DNA of 64,000 bases from IMG/VR virus record IMGVR_UViG_3300037488_003551, positions 1-64,000 of that record, one strand, 5' to 3'. A program made the translations under genes and the position numbers. The notes beneath the pieces are model-generated. The model did not search any database, was not told where the DNA came from, and was given only the letters and a program-made list of their open reading frames with translations. This DNA comes from a virus. Numbering within the stretch: the stretch's first letter is position 1; each line of letters starts with the position of its first letter. Shown here in pieces: positions 63,998 through 64,000 of this stretch.

Positions 63998-64000
63998 CAT

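Overview
This 64-kb window is part of a large myovirus-like phage genome in the standard genetic code. I saw no cellular housekeeping genes, tRNAs, rRNA or CRISPR array. From left to right it holds four blocks. (1) A minus-strand block with an amidase endolysin, a Cas4/RecB-like nuclease and an SNF2 helicase. (2) A long plus-strand virion-morphogenesis region: portal, then a phage multisubunit RNA polymerase in two genes (a beta/beta'-N fusion carrying an intein, and the beta'-C half) with a LigD-like primase-polymerase/3'-phosphoesterase gene between them, then many probable internal-head proteins, prohead protease, decoration protein, major capsid protein, neck, tail sheath, tube and spike. 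(3) A cluster of glycine-zipper and enzyme 'cargo' genes. (4) An accessory/early region of small hypothetical genes. The strongest unexplained pattern is that many unrelated proteins share two short leader motifs, 'GY..AL..LG..KxA' and 'MxKxAxxIxxxxLxKxA', and contain repeated K-x-A sites. The tags occur on the LigD-like enzyme, an ATP-grasp ligase polyprotein and glycine-zipper peptides. Bare KTAA sites also occur in an SNF2 helicase and a loop of the RNAP. This suggests a tag-directed, protease-matured system for packaging cargo into the capsid. Other observations are two promoter classes (TAnnnT, often giving leaderless mRNA, and GGTAYAAG), a hidden 19-aa type-I-toxin-like peptide, and a ~450-nt hairpin-dense non-coding region. 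All functional calls come from motif recognition by eye; no searches were run.
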